Positions 38,739 to 47,728 of a stretch of 64,000 nucleotides of DNA are shown here, one piece after another. Under the pieces are notes generated by a model, which saw nothing but the letters and a program-made list of their open reading frames with translations, had not been told where the DNA came from and searched no databases. Position 1 is the stretch's first letter. Each line of letters starts with the position of its first letter. The position numbers and the translations under genes were made by a program. The DNA is from an uncultured virus (IMG/VR IMGVR_UViG_3300028638_000009) (lineage: Duplodnaviria > Heunggongvirae > Uroviricota > Caudoviricetes), in IMG/VR virus record IMGVR_UViG_3300028638_000009. One strand, given 5' to 3'.

Positions 38739-41570
38739 ATGAGACGACTTTATATAGATGTTAAGTTTGGAAGTGACGTCACGGGAGACGGCTCTGCTGC
38801 CAAGCCGTATAAGACCATCTCTTCGGTACTCCCTCACGTAGTACATGGGGATGAGATAATCATTAATGATTCTTATGGCAACGAGGACTCGGAGCACGTA
38901 TTTAATGAAGCCACAACTATACGACTTGAGAATCTCACCAACGTAACCATAAGATTCTTGGTCAGTGCGGGTAACATATCCAGTAATACTGTGTGGCAGC
39001 CCTCCGCTGTGGATTCTTCCGGGGCATCATTATACATAGTCAATTGTAGTGATATCCGTATTGAGAATGCTACTTTAATGAGCATGCCCAATACTAGCCC
39101 GGGCGTTGTAAACCACACCTATGCGATACGCGCTGTAAATTCAAATGTAGAAATAGTGAACTGTCACATACATAGGAATTGGGAAGGCGTGGGAACTAGC
39201 GGAGAGCTTATATCCCTGTATGCATGCAACGCTACTATATCGGCATGTGGCTGTGATGGAATGAACAACTCTTACAGCGACAATTGCAGCTTCATAGCAG
39301 TAGATGGCAACGGGGCATACTCCCTGTTTGGCAATTCTGTTAAGAATATAACCAGTAATAACGGGCTGTTCAGAGGACTATGGATCAAGCCAGAAACTCG
39401 TCAGATAACTGTAGACGGGCATCTAGTCCACAATATAGAGAGCGACTTGGTTGCCGGAGCTATAGGTATAGATCTGCAGTCCGATGCTTCCACTGTAGAT
39501 TTCTTGATTAATGGCGCACAGCTCAGCCAAGTCCATACAGGCATTCAGATCTCTGATATAAACCAAGTTGTTCCAAACAAGAGAATAAAACACGCTACCT
39601 TCTACAAATGTGGTTGCGCTGTCAAGGTAATAAACTCTGCGGTGGAATTATACTCCATGAGTATCCATGGAGCTGGAAAGACATATACTCATGAGTATCC
39701 GCCAGGAAATGTATCTACGCATGTATCCTACGGTATTTACGCAGATGAGTACTCTAATGTACATGTGCTCAATACTATTTTCACTAATCTAGGCGTGTTG
39801 GCGCACTCTCAAAACAGATCCAACGTAACAATGGAACACCTGGTGTGGAACAACTGTGCAGAGTTCAAGACTACGGCTACTAATGGAACTGTATATGCTA
39901 TTCAATATATCAGACGTATAGATCCTCAATACGAAGATATCAACGCTGACCCCTGGGGATACTTCCTTGTGTCTGACCAATCCCCGTGTATAGATTCAGG
40001 CAAGAAGTATGGGGATCTGTTTCTAGGGCTAGCTCCAGATATAGGCGCGTTAGAGCGCTCAAGAAAGCTTAAGGTCAACGATCTGCCTGCGCTGTTAGCA
40101 CGATCAGTAAGGTATTCTGATAGAGTCCCCCTTACTAACATCGATATTGAAGGCATGATAGTGCGAGGTCTGGACACATACGATCCAGAAGTTAAGGCAG
40201 GCAGGGAAGGCTCTGCTCTTAGAGATATGGCAGTAAAGCCGCTAACAGGACTTCTTACTCCATACACTACAGAATTGGAAGCAATCCGATCAGGATTGAG
40301 CTTCTCCAACTTTGAGGACTTAAGCACAGACGCAGCGGATGCGTTAGCATCTAATGTATTTGTTACCAGGAAGACTGGCGATGTCGCCACTGGAGTGGTC
40401 AGAATCTATTTTGAAGAGCCCGTAGTAACTACTATCCCTGCTGAAGTAGAGTTCATATCTTCTCAAGGATTGCGATTTTACACTATTCAGGAAGTAGCCA
40501 TAACTGCAGAAGAGATGTCTCTCAACTTCGATAATGGACTGTACTACGTAGACATACTGACCGAGGCAGAAGCCATAGGTGCAGAATACAACATTCCATC
40601 CGGATCGATAACCAAGTCATCCAGTCCGATGCCCGCAGGTGTTACAGCTATACTCAACCCAAATGACTTTGCTGGAGGAGATAACGCGGAGACTAACACA
40701 CAACTAAAGGACAGAATAGAAACAGCCATAACCGTAAGAGACCTCGTTACCAAGAAGGGGATAACCTACGTTATTCCAGAAAAGTTTACCTTTGTGAAAG
40801 ACATCCAGCCTATTGGATTCAGGGATCCAGAGATGCTTCGTGATGAGATACTTGGATACCATATAGGTGGAAAAGTGGATATATACATCCAGACTTCTGG
40901 CTTAGCTGACGACGAAAAGATCATAGAGTTAGCCCCAGAAGTAATCGACATGAACGTCGGATCTTTCGGCAACGTCCCTGTAATACGTATAGACGAGATA
41001 GAGGTACTGGACCCACTGACATTAGATTCTATAGGAGTAACAATACCTAAAAATAAGTGGAGCATCAGTGGAGTTGATCCCAAGACAAGATTTTCCATTT
41101 ATGAGTCTATACAACTTACTCTGCATAAGAGCTACGTTGGGAGCACTATAAAGTTAAAATACAAGTGGGTGCCTGAACTACGCTCATTACAGGATTGGGT
41201 ACTTAATTCAGATAATAGAGTCGTGTGCGCAGATTTGTATGTCAAGCACATGGAGCCTGCATTCACCAGTTTCCACATCGCGTATTACGCTCCAGAAGCT
41301 GTAGATGGAATAGCTAGCTTGCTTAGAAGTTTTATTTATAACCTAAAAAACGGTGTATCGCTGCAGGCCTCAGATATAATAGACTACTGCTACTCCGTGG
41401 GAGTAACTCATGTGCATACTCCATTCATTATACGTGTGGAAACGCATAAGGTTGACGGAACAATCAATATACAAGAGTCTGAAGACCAGGTATACCTTGA
41501 TAGAATAGCCGCTTATATACCGGATGACATCACCGTAACCTATATGGGACCAGATCCAAGGGATATTTAA
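38739..41570 (+). CDS. Baseplate J-like protein with N-terminal parallel beta-helix domain
   Basis: GSDVTGDGSAAKPYKTI and SPCIDSG..APDIGALE bracket the beta-helix; AEAIGAEYNI, NPNDFAGGDNAETN, GGKVDIY are baseplate J motifs. Confidence 0.8.
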   Translation: MRRLYIDVKFGSDVTGDGSAAKPYKTISSVLPHVVHGDEIIINDSYGNEDSEHVFNEATTIRLENLTNVTIRFLVSAGNISSNTVWQPSAVDSSGASLYIVNCSDIRIENATLMSMPNTSPGVVNHTYAIRAVNSNVEIVNCHIHRNWEGVGTSGELISLYACNATISACGCDGMNNSYSDNCSFIAVDGNGAYSLFGNSVKNITSNNGLFRGLWIKPETRQITVDGHLVHNIESDLVAGAIGIDLQSDASTVDFLINGAQLSQVHTGIQISDINQVVPNKRIKHATFYKCGCAVKVINSAVELYSMSIHGAGKTYTHEYPPGNVSTHVSYGIYADEYSNVHVLNTIFTNLGVLAHSQNRSNVTMEHLVWNNCAEFKTTATNGTVYAIQYIRRIDPQYEDINADPWGYFLVSDQSPCIDSGKKYGDLFLGLAPDIGALERSRKLKVNDLPALLARSVRYSDRVPLTNIDIEGMIVRGLDTYDPEVKAGREGSALRDMAVKPLTGLLTPYTTELEAIRSGLSFSNFEDLSTDAADALASNVFVTRKTGDVATGVVRIYFEEPVVTTIPAEVEFISSQGLRFYTIQEVAITAEEMSLNFDNGLYYVDILTEAEAIGAEYNIPSGSITKSSSPMPAGVTAILNPNDFAGGDNAETNTQLKDRIETAITVRDLVTKKGITYVIPEKFTFVKDIQPIGFRDPEMLRDEILGYHIGGKVDIYIQTSGLADDEKIIELAPEVIDMNVGSFGNVPVIRIDEIEVLDPLTLDSIGVTIPKNKWSISGVDPKTRFSIYESIQLTLHKSYVGSTIKLKYKWVPELRSLQDWVLNSDNRVVCADLYVKHMEPAFTSFHIAYYAPEAVDGIASLLRSFIYNLKNGVSLQASDIIDYCYSVGVTHVHTPFIIRVETHKVDGTINIQESEDQVYLDRIAAYIPDDITVTYMGPDPRDI

Positions 41571-41571
41571 T

Positions 41572-41721
41572 ATGTTAACTAAACTAGCTAGTGATATCGA
41601 ATCAAAAGTGTTAGAAAAGTTGGCGATTATAGGCACTAATGGTGCACAACAGGCCAATATGCTAAAGCATGCCGTAGGACCCAACTTTTTTTACACCAGG
41701 AATGTTCGACGCCGTGACTGA
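41572..41721 (+). CDS. Small protein with KLAxDI-x6-KLA motif (not in ORF track); may extend to 41818 via a T7 run
   Basis: MLTKLASDIESKVLEKLAIIG..., 49 aa as written. Confidence 0.65.
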   Translation: MLTKLASDIESKVLEKLAIIGTNGAQQANMLKHAVGPNFFYTRNVRRRD

Positions 41722-41838
41722 CGCGACTAATAGCGTCGGAAACTATCTATCTCCAAAAATAGAGCAAGTTAGTAATACCCTTAATAAGCCTTTTGAGTCA
41801 ACAGACAAAATATATTGAACTACAATTTAAACTGCAGT

Positions 41839-42825
41839 TTAAATTACATTGCTCCATTTTCTGAATAGGCGCCTTACTTTGTCTAACATGCCTGTCGCGC
41901 CCTCTATCGTCTTCTTTCCCATCGGGGAGGCAGCCGCACGTTCCAGTATATTATTATGAAACATGGTTTTTGGGTACTTTATCCCTGCCTTTGCAGCTGC
42001 GACATTGGCCAGTACACCTGCTAGATATTTACTAGGCAATACAGCACGCGAGGATGTTCCCTCTCTTAATTTTTCAGACAAATTATTCCGTATATAATTC
42101 CATTTCTTATCTGCGGGCACCTGTGCATACTGGCTTTTCTTCGGTAATATTATATTAGTGGCCTTTGGAGTATCATTTCTAACATCTACTTCATACGCAA
42201 ATCCGGCACTGTCCGGATGTACGGGAGGCTTCCCCCTCTCAATCCCTGCTGATTCATAATAATTGTGCGTTTTTGGATCTATTTTATACTCACTAATAAA
42301 TCCACCTTCAGGCAGCAAAGAGGGGGATCCGGAATACGAATCTGAAACTGCTCCCTTACCCACATAGTTTTTAGCGGTGTGTACGGAGGGGCTAGCATAT
42401 ACAACTCCGTCTCTGCCGGGAAGAGTTGGATCTGGATCTATATGCCCACGAACTACTTCTGAGGGATCAAGCGCATGCCTTGCGTCTAACTTATAGGCCG
42501 GCTCCCACTGTAACGACCTCATAGCCTTTTGTATTCCAGGAGCGTAATTAGACTTAGCAGAAAATGGAGAAGGAGACTGTCCCAAAACTATTTCCATCTG
42601 GGATGGATTAGCCATTAAACTTTTTAGCTCCCCAAGATATTCAGGATTTGTTCTGAGTAGTCTAGCCAAGCCCTTATAATGTTGCATATGATCTGAAGGC
42701 ATGTTTTCTGGGTAGCTAACTCCCAATCTTTTTAAATACGCTAAAATATTCTCTCTGCTTTCTGCCTGTATCGCGGCTAATTTAACATTAGTGGCTGCGA
42801 CTATGTCTAAACTCATTATTCGCAT
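41839..42825 (-). CDS. Putative ADP-ribosyltransferase-fold protein with N-terminal DI-x6-KLA motif
   Basis: VVRGH...GVVYASPSVHTAKNY...YEV ordering; AGGAGG SD; adjacent to an ARH gene. Confidence 0.5.
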   Translation of the reverse strand: MRIMSLDIVAATNVKLAAIQAESRENILAYLKRLGVSYPENMPSDHMQHYKGLARLLRTNPEYLGELKSLMANPSQMEIVLGQSPSPFSAKSNYAPGIQKAMRSLQWEPAYKLDARHALDPSEVVRGHIDPDPTLPGRDGVVYASPSVHTAKNYVGKGAVSDSYSGSPSLLPEGGFISEYKIDPKTHNYYESAGIERGKPPVHPDSAGFAYEVDVRNDTPKATNIILPKKSQYAQVPADKKWNYIRNNLSEKLREGTSSRAVLPSKYLAGVLANVAAAKAGIKYPKTMFHNNILERAAASPMGKKTIEGATGMLDKVRRLFRKWSNVI

Positions 42826-42879
42826 ACGGACTGTCCTCCTATTTATACTTAAAAAGAGGCCTAAGCCCCTAAGCTGTCA

Positions 42880-43713
42880 CTACGAAATAAGCTGTCCGGA
42901 GAATCCTCCGGCGAAAACGCTTCTTATTAGCGCCTCTCTAATCTTTCCGCCTATACCATATGCTTTAGCCATGGCTATTACAGCAGGAAGAGAAGTACAA
43001 AAATCTATGTGGTGACCCATCTGATATATACCTCCGGCGATGCACGCTATAGTATCAGAATCCCCTCCTATAGACAGCGCTTTCTTAAACATACTCCAAG
43101 GGGTATCTGAAGTCAAGGCGCACCATATAGCTTGCGGAACTGACCCCTGGCAGGTAGCATTGAATGGACGCATAAGCAACTCTGAATAGTCAAGATTCAG
43201 GAGGTTGTATCCGAATCTACTTTCTATCTCCTTCATTATGCTCACTCCGTCTACCCCCTCTCCTCTTCTGCGCATGGCAATTACTACTGCCTGGGCGCCT
43301 ATTATAGCGGCAGGATGGGTGTGCGTCTGCACTGTAATTTTTTCCACAATATCCAGTAAGGCACTCTCGTTTATTCCAGAAGTGCCTAGTGGAGATATGC
43401 GCATGGCCGCGCCGTTCCCGCAACTACTCCCTGTCATTTTACCCGTAGTCATTAAGGTATAAAATCTATCCCCATATCCTATATCTGGTGATAGACAGAA
43501 AAATGTATTAAGATACTGCAGATAATCAGATATTCCTGCTTTTCCTATTGTAAAGTCTAACCACCAATCCCAAGTAGCCAGGGTCAGGATTGAGTCGTCT
43601 GTTGGACGACCCCTCAATGCCATTGTGGCCAGATTAATGTCACGGATATCTGGCTTTGTTGGATTGAACTCTATACTAGACCCAAGGACGTCACCTACAA
43701 TGCTTAAAATCAT
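42880..43713 (-). CDS. ADP-ribosylglycohydrolase (DraG/ARH family)
   Basis: GDVLG, TDDS, GNGAAMRISP, TH, GGDSDTIACIAG; GGTATAAG at 43742-43749. Confidence 0.93.
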   Translation of the reverse strand: MILSIVGDVLGSSIEFNPTKPDIRDINLATMALRGRPTDDSILTLATWDWWLDFTIGKAGISDYLQYLNTFFCLSPDIGYGDRFYTLMTTGKMTGSSCGNGAAMRISPLGTSGINESALLDIVEKITVQTHTHPAAIIGAQAVVIAMRRRGEGVDGVSIMKEIESRFGYNLLNLDYSELLMRPFNATCQGSVPQAIWCALTSDTPWSMFKKALSIGGDSDTIACIAGGIYQMGHHIDFCTSLPAVIAMAKAYGIGGKIREALIRSVFAGGFSGQLIS

Positions 43714-43814
43714 ATAGCCTCCTTTTATAGTTACTATATACCTTATACCTAATACCTCTTTATTTTATAGATAGAATATTTCCGTGTACAACGGTGCATA
43801 ATTAGGTTTAGAGT

Positions 43815-43843
43815 AAAATAAGGGGCCAAAAGCCCCTTATTTT
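43815..43843 (-). terminator. Intrinsic terminator
   Basis: aaaataaggggc-caaaa-gccccttatttt. Confidence 0.8.
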
Positions 43844-44099
43844 ATTTCAGCATCTCAGCAAGGATAGTCTTATCCAGCGTCTCTGCCATATCTTTGGATA
43901 TCAAATGTGTCCGTGTATTGGACACCTTTAATAGGGTGTGCCCTCTGTATATTGCTATACTCTCCGGGATGGCTTCGGTGATGCACGATACTGTCCACCC
44001 AGTTACTATAGTCATGAACAACGCCAACGCAACTATGGTAAGCTGAGTATCTGAATCCTTTGTTCCGATTAAGTCCAGTATTTTATGGAATACGCTCAT
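43842..44099 (-). CDS. Small membrane protein, paralog of 44096-44347
   Basis: One TM, then AIYRGHTL. Confidence 0.65.
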   Translation of the reverse strand: MSVFHKILDLIGTKDSDTQLTIVALALFMTIVTGWTVSCITEAIPESIAIYRGHTLLKVSNTRTHLISKDMAETLDKTILAEMLK

Positions 44100-44347
44100 C
44101 TTGACTCCTGTTCTGCCAAGACCACCGAGCTGGAAGCTCCCGGAGGAGTTAGCATTATTCCGTTAGCGACTGGTGTCAGTGTATATCCTCTATACACTGC
44201 GTGCTGAGATGTTATGAAGTTTTTAGACAGATTCAGCACATGAATCATAAATGTGCCCATCATGACTATGAATATTGCTATAAATAGCCATACGCCAGGG
44301 TTGCTCAGGTCAAGCTTCTTTATAATCTCTAGTATTATTTCTTTCAT
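44096..44347 (-). CDS. Small membrane protein, paralog of 43842-44099
   Basis: One TM, then AVYRGYTL. Confidence 0.65.
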   Translation of the reverse strand: MKEIILEIIKKLDLSNPGVWLFIAIFIVMMGTFMIHVLNLSKNFITSQHAVYRGYTLTPVANGIMLTPPGASSSVVLAEQESR

Positions 44348-44721
44348 GATTCTCCTATTGCAGATGCATATGCATCACATGTAAAGTGGTTAGTGTGTAT
44401 GTGTTCTCCCGTGATGTCACACACACCGATCAGGCTATCCGGCATGCCTGGGAATAGCCCGTTCTTGCAGGTGCCGCAGGTTACGGGTGCATCAGCCTTT
44501 GAGCTCCCCATATCCGACACAATACGTTGAGTCAGCTCATTCACCTTAGCCTGTAGCTGGACTATCTGGTGCTCTCGCTGGTAGATTGACTTGATGATTC
44601 TGTACTTGAGTCCTGACTCGACTCCTTCGAGACAAGTGCACTCAAGGCTGTGGGATATTGATTTTGTTGGTTTGAACAGCAGGCAGTTTGGGCTGCCGCA
44701 CCCGTGGAATGATTCTGGCAC
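44344..44721 (-). CDS. Cys-rich hypothetical protein
   Basis: Several Cys pairs and a coiled coil; operonic overlap. Confidence 0.55.
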   Translation of the reverse strand: MPESFHGCGSPNCLLFKPTKSISHSLECTCLEGVESGLKYRIIKSIYQREHQIVQLQAKVNELTQRIVSDMGSSKADAPVTCGTCKNGLFPGMPDSLIGVCDITGEHIHTNHFTCDAYASAIGES

Positions 44722-45254
44722 TTTTTACTCCTTCCGAATTTCTTTTCATAGCTGCGTTTTGAGGACTCTTTTTCACTTATCTTCGTACACTCTGGACACA
44801 GCTGTTTATTGTGAGATTTACGTCTGAACTCCTGGTGACAGCGCTTGCACTCAGCGGAGTCAAGGTAGTCAGCGTCAGGGTCACAGGAGTACGGCATGCG
44901 CTTGCTGTTTGTACCGCATACCAGGCATTGCAGCATCTGAGGCTTCTTTCCAGAATCTTTCTGCCTCTTAGCTAGCTCCTTCCTGGATTTGCAATGGTGC
45001 TTTTTTACTTCTACGTGATCGTACCAGCACATCTGCTCACCAATATCTTCCGGCTCAGGGGCAGATTCCATCGCAAGGGCTTTTCTGCACACAGTGCACA
45101 ATTCTATCCTAGCGTTTTTTATGTCCATAGGCTCACCGCATTTAGTGCAGAGCCTGAAATCGCTCAACCCTTTTGATATGTTACTTTCAGCTATACTAGA
45201 CTTTATCTTAGGCTCAACATCGACAACTTTATACTTACCACGGCCTTTTCCCAT
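44562..45254 (-). CDS. Multi-zinc-finger hypothetical protein
   Basis: Five CxxC pairs; AGGAGG SD. Confidence 0.6.
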   Translation of the reverse strand: MGKGRGKYKVVDVEPKIKSSIAESNISKGLSDFRLCTKCGEPMDIKNARIELCTVCRKALAMESAPEPEDIGEQMCWYDHVEVKKHHCKSRKELAKRQKDSGKKPQMLQCLVCGTNSKRMPYSCDPDADYLDSAECKRCHQEFRRKSHNKQLCPECTKISEKESSKRSYEKKFGRSKKCQNHSTGAAAQTACCSNQQNQYPTALSALVSKESSQDSSTESSSQSTSESTR

Positions 45255-45263
45255 ATAGCCTCC

Positions 45264-45518
45264 TTATAATTTATTAAGTATTTCGTCCGCCGTCATAAGT
45301 TTATTCCTAATCCTGGATAGTACTTTTGCCGCGTTATCGCAAGAATTGAACGCAGAATTATACGCAGCAATTACGGTAGTTGGACTTCCGTCGTGTCTGG
45401 CGTTGTTTAATGTGGTGACCGCATTAGCTAGAGCACTCATTGATTCTTCCGCAGCGTTTAGCAGCTCCATATGTTCTTTTAGCTCTTTTATTGCTATCTC
45501 TAATCTATGATCTGTCAT
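45264..45518 (-). CDS. Hypothetical protein
   Basis: 84 aa helical, operonic. Confidence 0.55.
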   Translation of the reverse strand: MTDHRLEIAIKELKEHMELLNAAEESMSALANAVTTLNNARHDGSPTTVIAAYNSAFNSCDNAAKVLSRIRNKLMTADEILNKL

Positions 45519-45753
45519 ATTCGTCCTTTCCTGGTATCGCCATAATTTCCTCCTTGCGTTTCTGCAGCTTGGCTATCTCATTATCCAGGTATCCAAGTAT
45601 GGACATTCTATCCGATTCAAGTATGAACTTCTGGTCCCATACCATTCTTCCATGCTTATCTTGACGCAGAAAGAACCCGTAGGCGTTTGGAACGGGGCAC
45701 CACTCACACAAGTGGCCACGTTTGCATTCTTTTCCTGAGTGGGAGCACGTCAT
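45505..45753 (-). CDS. Cys-rich hypothetical protein
   Basis: 82 aa, overlaps both neighbours. Confidence 0.55.
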   Translation of the reverse strand: MTCSHSGKECKRGHLCEWCPVPNAYGFFLRQDKHGRMVWDQKFILESDRMSILGYLDNEIAKLQKRKEEIMAIPGKDEYDRS

Positions 45754-46010
45754 GGAATTTCGCTCTCTGCTTGCATCTTTAGGTAATCAACGTATAATAC
45801 TTCTACTACGTTACTGGTGTTAGCAAATCTTACCCACGATTTTCTACCAACAGTATCGAAGTATATTTCTCCAGTGCTCCCCAGATCTACTTTTACAAAT
45901 CTGGCTTCGGTGGCCTTCCTTTTCACTTCGCTGCCAATGTCAGTATTATCGCATCCAACAACCAGCAATGCCAACACAGCAATAGCTGCCCATAGTAATT
46001 TCTTAGACAC
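45750..46010 (-). CDS. Putative lipoprotein
   Basis: KK, hydrophobic core, LVVG-C lipobox; AGGAGG SD. Confidence 0.7.
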   Translation of the reverse strand: MSKKLLWAAIAVLALLVVGCDNTDIGSEVKRKATEARFVKVDLGSTGEIYFDTVGRKSWVRFANTSNVVEVLYVDYLKMQAESEIP

Positions 46011-46348
46011 TATTTTATGCCTCCTTTAGCATTCAGCCTTCTAGCCAGTTTTCCAATCCCTGGAGCGTACACGGTACTCAGTATAAAGTCCAAGCCTATG
46101 AGCTCCCCGTATCTGTTTGTAACTGGTAAAAGCATGCGCCGGTTTTCGTAAGCGTCAATACCAAACATGCCCTTCAACAGCTTTATAGCCTCAACGTAAT
46201 CAAAGGCCCCATTCTTTGACATATCCATCGGTAGGCTAATAGTGGATATGTAATATAAACCGCGCCGATGTTCATTTACCATGTCCATCTTCCATTTGTT
46301 TCGCTTCTTCCTGTTCAAGGTATCTCTCCTGTTAGATGCAATCCGCAA
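46010..46348 (-). CDS. Hypothetical protein
   Basis: Operonic; start uncertain. Confidence 0.5.
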   Translation of the reverse strand: MRIASNRRDTLNRKKRNKWKMDMVNEHRRGLYYISTISLPMDMSKNGAFDYVEAIKLLKGMFGIDAYENRRMLLPVTNRYGELIGLDFILSTVYAPGIGKLARRLNAKGGIK

Positions 46349-46617
46349 TGCTCGTCCCAGAATCTTACTACTCGTATGTAAGTGTCAGCCTTGCCGTACT
46401 GTGATTCCAATTGGCATGTTATCCTGTTCTGTAAGCACATAGGACATGTTAGAGCTATTGTAGACGACAATATTTCTAATCTAGGTGGCTGCTTACACAC
46501 TCTGCACACTGACGGCACTATCTTCATTTTGTATGCGTCTGCTATACTGTCAGGCACGATTATTCCATTCTCCTTTAAGAAGTTATTATAGTTATCTATC
46601 ATCTCATAAACTCTCAT
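46315..46617 (-). CDS. Zinc-ribbon hypothetical protein
   Basis: CRVC...CPMC; AGGAGG SD. Confidence 0.6.
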   Translation of the reverse strand: MRVYEMIDNYNNFLKENGIIVPDSIADAYKMKIVPSVCRVCKQPPRLEILSSTIALTCPMCLQNRITCQLESQYGKADTYIRVVRFWDEHCGLHLTGEIP

Positions 46618-46668
46618 ATTTCCTCCTAAATAAAATGACTAAGATTTCTCTCAGTCATTAACAATTAT

Positions 46669-46718
46669 CTTATACCAATTACCAGATAAAAAAAGAGGGA
46701 GATTTCTCTCCCCCTTTT
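46669..46718 (-). promoter_or_regulatory. Terminator of the Ubl operon followed by GGTATAAG motif
   Basis: GAAA-loop stem at 46691-46718 with U tract; motif at 46669-46676. Confidence 0.75.
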
Positions 46719-46743
46719 GCTCGAACTGTAAGGACCCTGGCGC

Positions 46744-46965
46744 TTAGTTGCCCTTGATGTTGGTGATGATGCTTACGCTTTCATCGCCACGAAGGGTAGT
46801 CTGCATGTTGCCGCGAGATCCGTTGATTTCAATTGCTTCCTGAGCACCGAGGGTTAGGCCGGCGAGCTCAAGCAACTGAGCGATGGTTGAACCAGCAGCG
46901 AGACCGACTTCCTGTACAGCACCGGGATATCTTCCAACACGAACAAAAATCTGACCAGTAGGCAT
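46744..46965 (-). CDS. Ubiquitin-like (ThiS/MoaD beta-grasp) protein
   Basis: 73 aa; GSTIAQLL, IEING, LRGDESVSII, C-terminus IKGN; directly after E1. Confidence 0.85.
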   Translation of the reverse strand: MPTGQIFVRVGRYPGAVQEVGLAAGSTIAQLLELAGLTLGAQEAIEINGSRGNMQTTLRGDESVSIITNIKGN

Positions 46966-46972
46966 TTTAAAT

Positions 46973-47659
46973 TTACTCCCATTTTGTGTTAACTGACGAA
47001 CCATCAATGGCTATTAGCGTTCTGTTGTACACAGGAAGCTCCGGAACACCCGGGACTGGAACTGCGTTTTCAAGAACAACTTTACCCGCTGCGGCCGCCG
47101 CGATTAGTTTAGTGGTCGCTGATATTGCCACGAGGTTGCACGGACTTGGTGCAGACTCCTCATTAGAATACCATTCTTCTGCCCATTTCTTCAAGTGTAT
47201 TTTGTTGTTCGGATCGAAGTAATAGACACGACCATGCTTTATGCTCATACGAGTTTCAACCACACGATCAACATTACGGTTTAGCCTTGCAGACGCTAGC
47301 ATAATGTTTTTCTGTGCATCCATATTGTCTGTGCACAGAAACAGGTACCCGGACAGGTCCTTGATCTCTTCAACCTTTTCATTTCTCACCTCGATGTCGA
47401 AGCCCATTTTGCGTTTTATATGTTGCTGAAGAGCAACTACTTTTAGCTTACCGACGTCTTCAAGATAGTAGATCTGATTAGGTATATTGTGGTTTTCAAC
47501 CACGTCAAAGTCGTACGCAACAATATTCTGGATGCCCATACTTGCCAGGGTATCCACAATATGAGAACCAGTAGCGCCCACCCCTACGACATGCACCTTC
47601 TTTTTGAAATCCGTAGGAGAAAAGAATCCAACCTGTCGCCAGAGATCGACGTTTTCCAT
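46973..47659 (-). CDS. ThiF/E1-like activating enzyme
   Basis: WRQ, VVGVGATGS, DFDVVENHNIPNQ, GKLKV, CTDN, ETRM; candidate catalytic Cys174. Confidence 0.92.
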   Translation of the reverse strand: MENVDLWRQVGFFSPTDFKKKVHVVGVGATGSHIVDTLASMGIQNIVAYDFDVVENHNIPNQIYYLEDVGKLKVVALQQHIKRKMGFDIEVRNEKVEEIKDLSGYLFLCTDNMDAQKNIMLASARLNRNVDRVVETRMSIKHGRVYYFDPNNKIHLKKWAEEWYSNEESAPSPCNLVAISATTKLIAAAAAGKVVLENAVPVPGVPELPVYNRTLIAIDGSSVNTKWE

Positions 47660-47704
47660 AGTAAAAAACTCCGTTTAAGATTTAATCTTCAGGTAATCAA
47701 ACAT

Positions 47705-47712
47705 CTTATACC
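47705..47712 (-). promoter_or_regulatory. Internal GGTATAAG motif upstream of E1-Ubl
   Basis: cttatacc in the JAB-E1 spacer. Confidence 0.6.
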
Positions 47713-47728
47713 AAGAAATTTCAGCGGG

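Noticed and set aside
46744..47659. ThiS/ThiF as thiamine or molybdopterin biosynthesis
   Set aside because: No pathway genes nearby; Ubl lacks terminal GG; JAB and E2-like neighbours favour conjugation
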